A stretch of DNA of 64,000 bases from NCBI RefSeq assembly GCF_000150275.1, contig NW_002060985.1:12881-76880 (forward strand). The letters are read 5' to 3'. The position numbers and the translations under genes were made by a program. Origin of the DNA: Trichoplax adhaerens (lineage: Eukaryota > Animalia > Placozoa). Numbering within the stretch: the stretch's first letter is position 1; each line of letters begins with the position of its first letter. Of the stretch, positions 51,420 to 64,000 are shown one piece after another. The notes below the pieces were generated by a model. That model worked only from the letters and a program-made list of their open reading frames with translations. It had not been told where the DNA came from and ran no database searches.

Positions 51420-53050
51420 CATATTCTCTATTATTGTTTTGTTAAAAGTTCTCGTTGGTTTATTCAGTCTTTCATGCTCTATGAGTAAACTATTGAATAT
51501 CGTATTGAAGTAATATTGGCAACCTAAATAAATGATACTGTTTTACAAATTATCAGAAAGATCTCTCGTATCGAGTACCTAACTTTGATATGAACCTCAC
51601 AACTGTATAGGATACTGCATTCGGTAATATCCTGTCGATAATCTTCGTTAAGTATCCAGGGGGATTGGCTAAAATGTTAATAACTTTACATGGAGTATAC
51701 TCGTCTATTTCTATTAAATAGTATAACCAAATAAGTTTAACCTTTTCACCAAAAAATGACATTCAATTAAGCTACATGGCTTCCTTTTGATAACTTGTAT
51801 CGATATGAAAAGATGATCATAGCTTTATCCTTGCAATCCTTCAAGAAATATAACCGCGTAAACTCTTTAGTTTCAAAGACAATAAGTACATCCGATTTTT
51901 CGTACTTAATATCCGATTTGTTTTATAAATAGCACGAAGAATATTTAATAATCAATTCGACAACAATGCCATTAGGCCATTTGAAACTGGCTTTGTACAA
52001 ATTCTAATGCCGCTATTGAGTTCTTTAAAAGGGCTAAAATGAAAATTTTACCGGAATGATACTAATAATAGGAATGCGATTTGCCTATTCAAAATTACGT
52101 TTATATCCAATATTCCGATATACTGATGGAATGCATTAAGTTGCATAACGTCTTCACTGTGTATGAATATATAAGTACTACAGAATATTTTCCACTTTGC
52201 TTTTTTTCGAGGTCAATAAATAATTGGTCTTAATTTTTGATGACTAAATAATTTTTATAAAAATGTCGCTGTAAAAGAAAAGAATGGTGAAGAATTCAAT
52301 TTTACTTTGAAAACTGCCACTAACCTTACTAATAATAGAATCAGTTCTTTCATCACAACATATTGCAAAATTTTGGAAAACATAATATTGTAAAAGGCCG
52401 TATAATAGTTGACAATTCTAAACATAAGCTGACAAGGATACTAGTATTATAATAGATTCTGCTATTTAATCAATGACAGGGTCAATGATTTTCAGTTGCA
52501 AATAGATACAAATCAAAGGGTTTATTACTTTTATATGCGGTTAGTGCTTGTTTATGAGCTTGCTCTTGTTGTCATGCACGAATTTAACCAAAAATGCCTT
52601 CGGAAATTATTCAAACTCTTATGACGGAGGCAATAAATTTCTATTGTGAATGCATTGAATAGATGTATCAAAGCTAATTTGGCCGATTTCTACTCTAGTT
52701 ATATTTTTCAAACTGATGAACTATAAATGGTCGATAGGATTTCGAAATAGCGAGTCAAGTTATCAAAAGAACTATTAGGTCTGTAATTCTGTTTTCTGTC
52801 CAATTTAATATCTTTAATAATAATAAACTATTTTTTAACCATCAGTTCTTAATGTATTATGATTTTTATTGTAAGTAGCCTGACAGCGCATTTTCTATCA
52901 CAGTCAGGATATTTATCAATTTCTCCCAGTATTTTTTTTAATTCAGAATGAAAAATTTCATTCATATTGCTGATTATCATGCAAAAATGCTCAAGTTGAC
53001 TTGATAGTTATCGCAAATGGTTATTAGCAAAGTATCATCGTCGATTATTT
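51420..53050 (-). mobile_element. Highly decayed hAT (ZMYM1/Tip100-like) transposase fossil
   Basis: Minus-strand fragments in hAT order: IKLDRKQNYRPNSSFDN (cf. LD..CRGQ.YDN), IYCLRHKSLN (cf. HC..H.LNL), SGSFQSKIEFF, ILPNAV...YERSF (cf. FPN..ERSFS) and LLIEHE (cf. LSIE.E). Many stops and frameshifts. Confidence 0.45.
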
Positions 53051-54889
53051 TATTTAAATTCTCCATCAGAATATTTTAAAAACTTGTCAATGCTAAAAAA
53101 TTTTTCTTTATAATTACAATTTTTCTATGATTAGTTTTCAGTTTACAGTACATCAATAGGCCATAATTTGTAAGTAAAGTGCATTAAAAGCTGTATAACT
53201 CGGCACGATATCAACCATTACAATTTATTGCTACTTAACGATTGATAATTCAATTAAAGTTTCACAAGAAAATGTCAATATTCAGGCTACATCACAATAA
53301 ACTTCCGATGAAATTATCATCTATTGTTCGCTTTAGGTATAACAGTTCTATAAATGTAAACTACATATGTTGGTATCTAACAAATGTATATTTCCTCAAT
53401 CTAGTCGAAAACAATAACTAATGTATTCTACATCAATTTATCAATTAAGTTAATTAATCAATCAAGGATGCAAGTACAATAATTAATATAACATGCCATA
53501 TTCTAATAAATAAAAATATGAGACTTGGATAATTTTATGTTTTTGTATACAACGTTAGTTTCTTACGGACGATGTCCAGATAGAGCTTATTTTCGAATTA
53601 AAATCAGTATTCAAAATATTCAGAGATTACCAATAATGGAGAGAGCATAGTTACTTGCTTATTAATCTATCCCAAATATCCAATCATTATGACTATCATC
53701 CATTGGATTATGCATGACTTTTAGCGATTTCTATCGTTGCTGTGCTAAGCAAGTAGTATTTCAGTAATTCCCTCTGGTATGTTGTTTGATCTTTTTAATC
53801 CTGGTTTGTTAGCTATTTCAATCGTTCTAGTATTAAGTAATCAATATTTCAGTAATTATCTATGGTGCGGAATATATTGATGAAAATGGCATTGGATAAG
53901 AGCTGTATTATGAGGAGAAATGGAGAACATCAGCAACATACTACACGAGTACATGTGTATATATACTGTATATATAATTACTATAATTGTGCAGAAGATA
54001 TTGACTACTAATTAATTATGATGTCGCAATAGCGTGAAATGGCTAAAAATTATTAAGTTACCTCCTGGACTAATACTATTAAGATGAATAGATAGAGCAA
54101 TGTTAATTATAATTATCGCTGGATCTTATGATTTAAGACAAGAGAGCAATCACTAAATTAACAGCTACCGTACCTAGACACTAAATTTGCTATTTTGCAA
54201 ATAGAACTTAATTTAATTTTAATGAATAATTTCATTCCCTATCTAGAAACGGTTGTAATTATCACATTGCGAACAAATCTTATTTTACAACGGAATGATG
54301 ACCTTACAACAGAATAAATACATTTACATTTTCCAATTAATCTATTCAGCGTTAGCGCTATGAATGCCTTGAAAGAGAAAATTTTGTAGTTACAACGGCA
54401 GTTCGGAAGCAATCTAATGACAAATAATGAACCTCGATGAAGTAATTACAGCATCTTCCATTTAGCTACAATCAAGAAAATCTCTAATTAGCTTGACATA
54501 TTGACTAATAGTCTATGCGAAGTTTTGTCAATAATTTCCTGCTCTATTTCTCTTCAGTTAAACTAGAACGATATCCGTTCCTTCTTAAGTAATGACAGAC
54601 TCACTATCGCTTGGTGCGCAATACGCGCGTAGCCATATTAGCCTATTACAAGGATAACATATTTTGACAGTAAAATGAAAAATGAAATAAAGCATGATGT
54701 GATGTAGCATAGCTGGGTCAATTTTGAGCTAGTAGATTGCAAACCTTAGAGGTTAATAAATTAAAAAGGTTCATCACAACACGTCTACATGTATGTAAAT
54801 ACTGCAACTGGAGGGTAATGTTAGAAATGATATTCATTGGATATAAACTAGCTCGATTTGAAGCATTATACCGTATCAGTGAATAAAGT

Positions 54890-55924
54890 TATACCCTAAA
54901 GCAGTGGAATACCTACTTTAATAGCAATTGCAATCACTTTTATTATCGGAGCAAATTAGAATGATGAACAAGATTCAACTTATATAATATCGGCATTATA
55001 AACAGGTCATAAGATGACGATCAAATGGGCTTGGATTTTATTTGATCATCAATAGGATTGACAACCCCATTGCAGATCTGGCTTCCACACAACATATACT
55101 TGAAGATTGAGAGGCAAGACAACCAGTGGCTCGATATGAAAGCTGATTCACAATTTGAAGCGTGTTGATGCTATTTTTTTAAACCCAGCCTATGGAAATT
55201 GGTTAATCCTAATGGAAGACAGAGAGGCTTTAAAATCAAAATTAGTTTGACGCCTGTTCACGGTTCCACTTTGACTCGAATTGATGCTTTTCGGATCCTC
55301 ATTAGTGAGGATAGAGCTGGACATTGAGTAGAATTATTGAGTATTGTACAGTCCATTACATCAAAACTACATCAGCCTTGTGCAGGGATCTCTACAAACT
55401 GAAATCGAAATAAGAGATGCCCTTCTTTTCAGACCGTTCATCGCTGGCATCTTTTCAAAAGTTCAAGAAATGTAGCCTTCATTAGACCGCTATTTCGTAG
55501 GTGTGGCGAGCCCTATAGGCGTATATACTAGTCGAGAATTGTTCAGCGATAGCCCTTCAATTAGGCCATTCAATTTTGAAGGCATTTACTTTGAATTTAG
55601 CTAAAATTTCACGAATACAGATGACGATAACTCTGATTAATTGGCACTAGATGCTTTTTTTCCCCCACTTTTACCGCATTATAATTGAGTTATTTGATTT
55701 CTTTCAAATTTCGAATACAAACCAACAGTCACTACTACGTGTACGGTCGGCTCCACCAGTATACAAGTCACGCTGAAATAATAGTCTTCCATACTACCAG
55801 AGGATGTCCCAACTCCGAAGAGATCCGTACATCCAGACGTCCAGACTTTCTTATTCTTAGTAACCTGTTTGAGTTTATTTCCATACTGATACATAGACTG
55901 TTTTCAACTATTTGTGATGTCTAG
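54890..55924 (+). mobile_element. Possible very old Ty3/Gypsy RT-RNase H fossil
   Basis: Collinear weak matches: YGNWLILMEDRE (cf. GYWQI.M..EDR), YCTVHYI (YxDD position, acidic residues lost), KKCSLH (cf. KC.F). ORF 55685 reads FRIQTNSHYYVYGRLHQ..EIIVFHTTRG..SE (cf. RNase H F.LQTDAS..GIGAVL.Q..VIAYASR.L..AE). Confidence 0.35.
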
Positions 55925-56097
55925 TCTACACGTTCAATCGTAGCAGTAGCATACTGTACACAGTATACTGTCCAATACAATACCGACAGTGCCTCATAGT
56001 TTGTCCAGTAAGCTTTCTACGATTAGCTAACCCCTACAAATTATATGAACATAGAACTGCCAAATTATTATTCCTCTTCTTTATTTCATTCCTTTAG

Positions 56098-56779
56098 AGC
56101 CGAAGGATAATGTGAAAGATGACGGTAAGTGTTAATTAAATCGTTTTCTATTTATAATTATAGTAATTCATTTGCTCATTTAATTATAATAGTGACTAGA
56201 AGTGATTATTATGTATGATATTATCGCACAAAGTTCTGCTAGCTAATTAGAATGCCAACGAATATTTCAAATTATAATTAGAACATATAAACTACTACTC
56301 CACTACTTTATTTGTGAGTATCCAACAATAAGTGAAATGAATTAGGTTCAATTAAAACAAATGTATCCACATTTAAATCATGTGGTATTTCCTTAAATTA
56401 TTGAGTCATATTGATAGCACACAGCTGCGTATGCGGGTTCGGCTAGTCTATGATAAAATATTTTCAATTTGTAATTTTAAGATGACTTATGTGGTAATAT
56501 ATATTTTATTCGTGTCTTATAGATCCTAGAAACTATTTTCACTCGATCGCTAGTTGTGTTGGTGTAGACTGGACAAAATTAGCAACAGTCCTAGATCCAA
56601 CGATTGATACTGAGGTTATCGAAGCAAAACATCGTGGTCATGCCTATAACAGTGCCATCCAATCGCTGAATCAGTGGTATAGAAGGAAATGCCCAAATGC
56701 TACCCTTAATCTATTGCGGAACGCTTTGAAAACGATTGGCAGAAATGATATTATTATCCCAAACGAACAAAATTCCTAG
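56098..56779 (+). CDS. 3' end of a death-domain protein gene (microexon 56098-56124, terminal exon 56523-56779); upstream exons not found
   Basis: The terminal exon reads DPRNYFHSIASCVGVDWTKLATVLDPTIDTEVIEAKHRGHAYNSAIQSLNQWYRRKCPNATLNLLRNALKTIGRNDII..*, matching the death-domain pattern (G.DW..LA, L..W, AT...L..AL..IGR.DI). Splice sites are canonical phase 1. Absent from the ORF track. Confidence 0.85.
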
Positions 56780-57659
56780 AGGACTAATCTTCTTTCGTCT
56801 ACTTTAGTGTAGATTCTAATTGATTGATGGTCTATTTGTGCTTATTTGCATTTTTTCATGATCAAAATAATTAGCGTTATAAGAAAATAATGTTTTATTT
56901 TGCCTTGGTTGAAATAAACCAACAATTTGATGGACAATATTAGCAATGCTCAATGTGATTGATTTCAATCTTTCAGCTTCGCCATCACAATCACGTTTTG
57001 TGTAAGAATCTGCTGATGTAAAAATTAAGTTTTTAACATTTTATTCCTGTGCACAACGAAATGACAACATGATAAGCATCATAAATTTACTTTAAATACT
57101 TATGGAGCACTTATAAATTGCTGGTGAAGGATAAAACATTTATAATTGTAAAATATTCTAAAGCGTTTCTTAATTACGGTTTCTATTCATTTTTGCTTGT
57201 ACTAATTGTGAGTTAAACTTGTTCATGCTGTGCTATTTTATGCAAAGTGACGTTGTTTCAGACGGTAGAATTAACCTACTTTTATGAAAGTCATAAAGAT
57301 CCTGACAATAAAGAAATCTTTTGCTATATTGAATTGCAAGAAGAGCTAGTTAAATGCCAGTTATCGACTGTGAATAGCTTCTAGTCATGATTGCTACGAA
57401 GTACGAAATTAAGGCGAAATTGCTTTACTGTTATTACATGGGGACTCACTGTAACTGGTAGTAAACTAAGGAAAAATGCATTCAGTCCTACAGCCAAAGG
57501 TGATGTAATCGAGTTAAACTATAAAATAATTAAATAAAACAGTACTTATTTAGAGATAGATTAAACGAACATTATAACATAGTAGAGTAAGCCAATCATT
57601 ATTTGGACAAAACACGAATTTACTACTAACTTACTTTCATCCAACATCCTTGCGACCAA

Positions 57660-59420
57660 CCATTTCTCTACTTGGTTATAAGCCACTCAAGAAATCCATT
57701 GAAGATCGTTCAAGACCATGTCTGTGTAGCAACACCTGATGACTACGATAGAGCATACCTTGCATAAATTGTATAGTCAATGGTCCATAGACTAAATCGC
57801 TGAACCAAACAATATAGCCATAGGTTGGAAAATTGTAACATTGGCAAGGCAAAATTTTCACATTCATGGCAACGACTGTATTTGATCTTTCCATCTCACT
57901 CCGGGCTTGTCCTGCCAATTTGTACGACATTTCATCAAGACAGTATGAGCTAAAACGAGTAAAAGACTCTTGAATAATTTGAGTAAATGGAAGATCAAAT
58001 GAATAAAATCATGTTGAATCCGTCTATGGTTCGTTTAAATTACACCATCGGCACCTTTCCTGTAATCATCGAGCGCCACTGGTCATGGAGCGGTTACAAT
58101 CTTTGTGGCTATTACCCAAGTTTGAGAAGCTACTCTAGTACTCCTCATGGAGAAATTGATTAGTCTTGTACAGTAAACGGACAGTTTATAAGCTAGAATG
58201 CATTAGTGTACTGCATCAAATCGCAGTTTCGATAGCATATCAGCTTCCACGAGAATGCTCCTGTCTTGATTATTTTAGACGAGTTAGTACTTGGTACAAG
58301 ATGGTAGTACAGCTAGTGCACCTGTAAAATGTCATGACCTGTTTTAACCAGAGTTGAGCAAGTTACCCTGATATCACTAGTTAGCTGCTCAATATTAGTT
58401 TTGAACTTATTGCATTGGTATCAACTTCATGTAGAAACAGTTTAGGAAGCTTTAAGAAGTAAGTTTACTTAAAATTACATAGTACAGCGTGGAGTCTGTC
58501 CAAATTCTTTGTTCCATTTTGCACTGTGCAGCATTTTTAGAGCTGAGATTGGTATATTATTTTGACTAGAAATAATTTGTAAGCATGCATGTACAGCATA
58601 GACTTGGCAATTCTCCTCCATGTAGTTGATAAAAGTACCAGCCATGTCCATTTTAGCTCTATTGTCTGAAGCCAACATTAGCGTGCCTTCGACATCTATG
58701 TTAAAGTAGTGCAAATTAGTGCATACGAGAAGTAAGCGTAGATGATTCTTTTTATGTTACATCTTTTATCCTCTTTGAATTAATATGAAGATTGTTCTTC
58801 CGATGACAGAAATTACTCTTGGCCACTGTTTTATTGGCGATCATCATCGATGATGAGTCCAATAACTAAGCCATCTTGCTGAATCGCTTGATATCATCTT
58901 CATCGTGCGCTACTGTATTCCGTTGATTTTTTACTGTCATTTGTCGAACAGTTTATAAAGGATACTAAACAATTTTCTTTAAATGGTGTATATTAACAAT
59001 TTATTGATTCTTAATTATTGAATAAAATTAAGGTAGTAATCATACGGAATTGCTATGGATTGCAGTGCTTCCAGAGTGTATGAAGGATTACATCTTGTAT
59101 CTATTGCATGCAATATGCAATCAGGCCAAGCAGTACTCTCGCCAATCCTGTCAGGAGATTTTAATTTGACCTTACTTTGCTCTACTCCGATCATAAAATA
59201 CTTCTCTTGGTTGTTGAAAACTGTTGAGGTATGCTCGTAGAAATGATTACCTATCCTTGAGAATGAGTTCTGTGACCATGGATCGAAGCTGAACTTGTTG
59301 AATAAGAAGCTTCTATGGCGCGAGAATGCAGCGAGCGTAAGTGCTGAGAGGTTAGTGCCTTGTTGTAATGCAATGCTTGTATTAGATGCCTGTTGCCAAT
59401 CAAAGTAGAATATGCTACTG
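57660..59420 (-). mobile_element. Decayed hAT/ZBED-type transposase with BED-finger remnant
   Basis: Minus strand, in order: GTNL/QHLRSLH (BED tail), LASDNRAKM..YAVHACLQ (cf. TDNA.NM..C.AH.LQL), LPKLFLHEVDT (cf. L.QDV.TRW), HRHGLERSSMDFL (cf. R..L....V..L.FL). Multiple stops and frameshifts. Confidence 0.5.
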
Positions 59421-60579
59421 CTGATTAGTCAAGTGATTAATCCGTTTTATAGCATATCCAATGTTGTAATCCGTTGTTGATGTATCTGGTTAGTTATCTA
59501 CCCATGCAATAATTCATTGGCATAATGCCAATGAACTTTTACAAATAACATCATTGACGGCTTACTAAGCTAACAAGAAATAGAAATTCGGTAGGGAAGA
59601 TACTCGTAGGTTAATCTTAAACTCGTATTTAATAAACTAGTACAAATTAGAGCTGTTTTACTTTCATAAGGTCTTATGATTATGCACAAGTCGTTGCAAA
59701 GAAACCTAATTTTATTTAAAAATAACATAAAATTCCCGCTAGTTGTAGCCCTTTAACAATATTTAGTTGTCCCACTTTACGGTTTGGAAGATGATCGGAG
59801 TCGAAGGTAGAATGAGAAGTAAACCACTAAAAAATAATCGTATAGGAATAAAGTGCACTATATTCATATGCTGCATGAAGTAGCGGTATTGCAATAATTA
59901 TTTGGTATGGATATTTAGTTTTCGATTAGGGTTTTAGGGTTACCAAGACTGAATAGAACAGAATGAAGAATATTTCTTATCAACAAAAATACGATCGTAG
60001 AAATATGTCCTTAAATTAATTTTTGCAAACGAGAGCCGCAGCTCATAACAAGCCTTATACAAATACACCTACTAAAAGGTATTTTATAGAATCCTGCTAA
60101 GATGATTGTGTATGAACTTTAGTATCTTTTCTCTGTTATGTATAGATATTTTAACGTATATATTAATAATTAAGAATTACAATTAAAGGATATTTAAGGC
60201 TATTACCCATTTTGGTGGACGCTTACGGTGCATCTACCTTATGCAGAGAGAGCCCACATATTCAAGTAATCAACAAGTGTCGATCATGGATAATGTAGAA
60301 ATTTAAAGGTCAGTAGTTCAGTCAATGGTTAATGGTCAGCCTCGAGAGCTTTGAGTATACATTCAGTTTTTCGTCAATAGATTGAATTATGTAGTTTAAT
60401 TTAGGCGTCGCCATAAGATCATAATATAGCGATATAAACTATATACTAAAGAGGGGACTACCAGTACGCGGTACAGCGATATAATATAGAAGACCTAGCA
60501 AAGCATAAGTTAATTAATAAAACCCTAGCTTAATGGCGCAGTTACTATAGCAACCTTTATCCGTCGGCTATGCATCATC

Positions 60580-60629
60580 NNNNNNNNNNNNNNNNNNNNN
60601 NNNNNNNNNNNNNNNNNNNNNNNNNNNNN
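60580..60629. other. Assembly gap (50 N)
   Basis: Run of N. Isolated Ns near 62805-62870 also indicate low local read quality. Confidence 1.
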
Positions 60630-62676
60630 CATACTGTTTACGAGATGATGTTAAGCCATTTGATTTACCAAAATGTCATCAATCAGATTGGCTCTACATC
60701 GGATACGAGCGTACAGATATTCCATATCTTCCAGATGGAATTTATTATTGCTTATTATCTTCTTGTTTAAAGGAATGGAATAATAAGGACGTAAAATTGT
60801 ACTATCAATGTGCCAGATATTATTTAGAAAATGACAATCATTACCTTGTAGTCAAGAAAGAGGAATCTCACATCGGTTTACAATATTGCTATCAGAAAAT
60901 AAATGAGCCCAAGACAAGTCAATTGATTAAGGATAAAGTTAAAAATTCTATATTTGTCAAACGGCCACACGAAATTGTCAAGAATAAACTCATCTCCACT
61001 GTCAATGAAAGGATGGTCAAGTTTAAAGGGGCTGATTGTCGATATTTCGTCAAATGTAGTGAATGTAATACACAAACAAGTATAACCGAAGAATACAAGG
61101 AAGGAGATCAAAATTGCATTCAATGTAAGCATTGTAATATGTACTTTGAGAGTCGATCTTTGAACGATTGGATGATTTATAATGAAAATTTCTGGATAGG
61201 TAAGCATGTGAGAATAAACAGCAGCTTCATTCTTATATTATCACTTTTCATGATATAATAAACTATAGTCATACGCTAGAGCAAGCAAAGAGGCATAAAT
61301 GTACTCTATCATAGCTATTTTACTATTTAATATAAGGTGATTTTGTAATAGCGTAAACAATAGTTGATTATTATCAAGAATTATGGGCACTAATTTACTG
61401 TACTGATTACTTGAACGATAGAACTATTAATCGATTATTGCTATTTTTATTCCACTACTTTAGACCGATGGAAAGATACCAAAGATAAAGGTAAACCTCT
61501 ATTGAATTGATATCTATCAATCATTCTCAATTGCATTTAGTAATTCAATTTTAGATCGATTCAAATATGATTAAGAGCAATTACTAAAAACCCAATTACC
61601 TCAATTACCCAAAGCGTCCTCAGGATCAATGACTCAAGAACATCGTGAAATCCTAACAGCCAATCGAATGTTACTTGCTCAAAAATGTCAGGATCAAATC
61701 TCACCAATATGTGAATATTTACTTGGAGCGAGTATATTAACATCATTCCACAAACAAACAATCGAATCTAAATTGACGGCTTCTGAGTAAGGAATTTTTA
61801 TATAGTACATGTTCAGTAACTGTTAAACAGTATTCTATCTAATATGCAATGGCAGGCTAAATTAATAGTTTGTTTATTTACTGCAAGAATAAATTTTGTA
61901 GTCGGAGAGCAGTTATCGTAATTATTTTAATTTTGTTTTACAGAAAAGTTTGGACTTTATTGGATATTCTGCTTGAGCGTGGCGATAGAGCCTTTGATGA
62001 GTTTTGCAAAGCTTTAACATATTGTGAAATAACGGTGGAAAACGTCAATAGTGGTAAGCATTCAAGTTTACGAATAGACCTAACGATTAAAACTTAACGA
62101 TGTGATACATGATTATCCCACTTTCGAGTAGAAATAACAATAAAATGATCAGAGTAGAGAATAGTACATCAACTATATAATGAAATTAGATTTTCAATTT
62201 ACCGTTTTGTTATACTGTACTCAACTAAATCAATAGTTGGTATTTCAGCTTATTACGCACAGAACGAGTACCGGTAATTAATAATATAGCTTTTTCGTAA
62301 TTTAGAAAGTACAGCTTTAGCTGTAAAGGGCCTGTGATAGCTAAAATTGCTCTATCGCAAGTCAATTGATAGAATCTGTTGCATCGATCAAAGTAATCCC
62401 AACTTTACAGCTCCTGTATTTGCGTGCACTTAAAAATAGAGCTCATTTAAAGATCGAATAGTGTTAAAATACCTACAAGGGTATTACATCGAGCCTATTA
62501 AGCAAACTTATGTGTTTAGTATTTATGAGTAGAAAGCGAATATTTTGGTATTTATACATGTTTTACTCGCTTCTGTTAACGCAAATTGATAGGTCTTGGG
62601 TCTATTTTGCAAGAATCTGAGATTAGTCGAAAGGAAGGAACAGCAATGTAAAACGCTGAGAATTCAAATCAAGATG
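60630..62676 (+). pseudogene. Partial Roco-like gene: COR-like C-terminal region, CxxC..CxxC knuckle and CARD. Exons <60630-61199, 61464-61490, 61555-61786, 61944-62053, ~62593-62676; two in-frame stops
   Basis: The frame is open from the gap: YCLRDDVKPFDLP..WLYIGY..PYLPDGIYYCLLSSCLKEW..KLYYQCARY (COR-tail-like LP.G.F..L...C...W). The spliced CARD MTQEHREILTANRMLLAQKC..ILTSFHKQTIESKLTASE|KVWTLLDILLERGDRAFDEFCKAL resembles the caspase-2/RAIDD CARD. TAA occurs at 61572-61574 and 62649-62651 in the spliced frame. The CARD call is strong; the COR call is moderate. Confidence 0.75.
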
Positions 62677-64000
62677 GTAAGTTAGTAATGGTCATCTATT
62701 CATCGTAAATTAGTTTCCTTGCATACATATAAGATTAGGTTATGCCACTTACTAAGATAAGACTAAAATATGTGTGTTAGTCTAATATTAGCTTAGACGC
62801 ATGANAATAATAAATCAANTTAGATTATAGATTGTATTGTTGATCGAAGTAACTAATGAATTAACTATNTGATAGAGTAAATTTAGAAAGTAGACCGGTA
62901 ACTAATTTTATAGAGGAAGTATTTAGCATTACAGTTTTTACCAAACTAATCTGCTAATGATGCTACCTTTAGTGTAGTTCAACATTAATTTTCTAGGACA
63001 AAAGGTTATAATTTATGATTATCATGTTGTGTAAGAGTTGCAATTATTTAGATTATTCATAATTTAGTAGTTAAGGTAATCGGTAATACGTAATTTAACA
63101 TGTATATAAATACTGAATTAAATTTGACATTAAGCAGTACGTATTGAATTAACTGATCAAGCTTAGAATTTTTTTGATTAATTTATCTTTATTACATTGA
63201 AATATGATTTTTGATTTTTCAATAGGGTAGTTGGAAGATATTTATGTTGTTATTGATAGCGTTAAGTTGTGCCTACAAGATCGCTCATTTTGAAGTATAA
63301 ACGTACCGTAAATTTATAAAATCTTATCTACTCTATTTTACTTCTAGTGATATTACTATTCTGAATTGTAACACACGTATTAATTATGCTACTGCTACTC
63401 CTAACTTTGATAAAAGCAATATAAAAATTTCATTGTTTATTACCAATAGCATTAGTTAGCTAAGTTTGGTTGCAATATCCATGACTTACTTTTTCTACTG
63501 AAAAAAATACTTCTCGTATTCTGTCATACTGTATTATCATCAATAGCAACATAATAAAATTACTTAAATAAATAAAATCATAAGCAATTATCATAAATCA
63601 AGAGACTTAATTTCTGAGCCTATAATTGCTTAATTGAGCTCTTATAGCTCAATATTGTACTCTATTGACATTAAAAATGTAGTAAACTCTTCATCAAATG
63701 CTCGAGTAGTCAAGCTAGAAAATATAAATACTGGATGGTGTAAAATGATAAAAATAACCTTTTCTATCCGGTTGGCAAGTAACTAAAACAACGCCATACT
63801 TTGGAAACTAATCTTCACTGGAAGTAGTGATTCGTTATAAGAAAAAATAATTCAAATTGAAAGTTTCAAAGGGTATAGAAAAGTCATTCAAAGGCTAAGA
63901 ATAAATGTGCTATGAGAGTGATTATTTCTTTTTAAAGATTTAATCTTTGTGTAGGAATAATTGTTGTCAAAAGAAAAAAATATAGACCAATACTCTACAC

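Overview
This is AT-rich eukaryotic genomic DNA with short GT-AG introns and one 50-N assembly gap. Intron style and a COR+CARD gene are consistent with an early-branching animal such as the placozoan Trichoplax; this is inference only. From left to right: (1) a decayed piggyBac transposase; (2) an SRCR-EGF pseudogene fragment; (3) two tandem GT10 alpha-1,3-fucosyltransferases with very long, mutually unrelated low-complexity stems (~600 and ~450 aa); (4) a 12-exon R3H-SUZ gene (R3HDM/encore-like) on the minus strand with an apparent 1-nt frameshift; (5) ~10 kb with no recognisable coding sequence, ending in a 57-bp inverted repeat and a homogenised 109/124-bp hairpin-bearing tandem array; (6) very old hAT-like (three) and Gypsy-like fossils; (7) an orphan death-domain 3' exon; (8) after the gap, a Roco-like COR-tail + Cys-knuckle + CARD gene carrying in-frame stops. 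Many 2-4 copy diverged local tandem duplications are scattered throughout. I recognised no rRNA, tRNA or CRISPR. All assignments come from reading motifs by eye; no database search was run.
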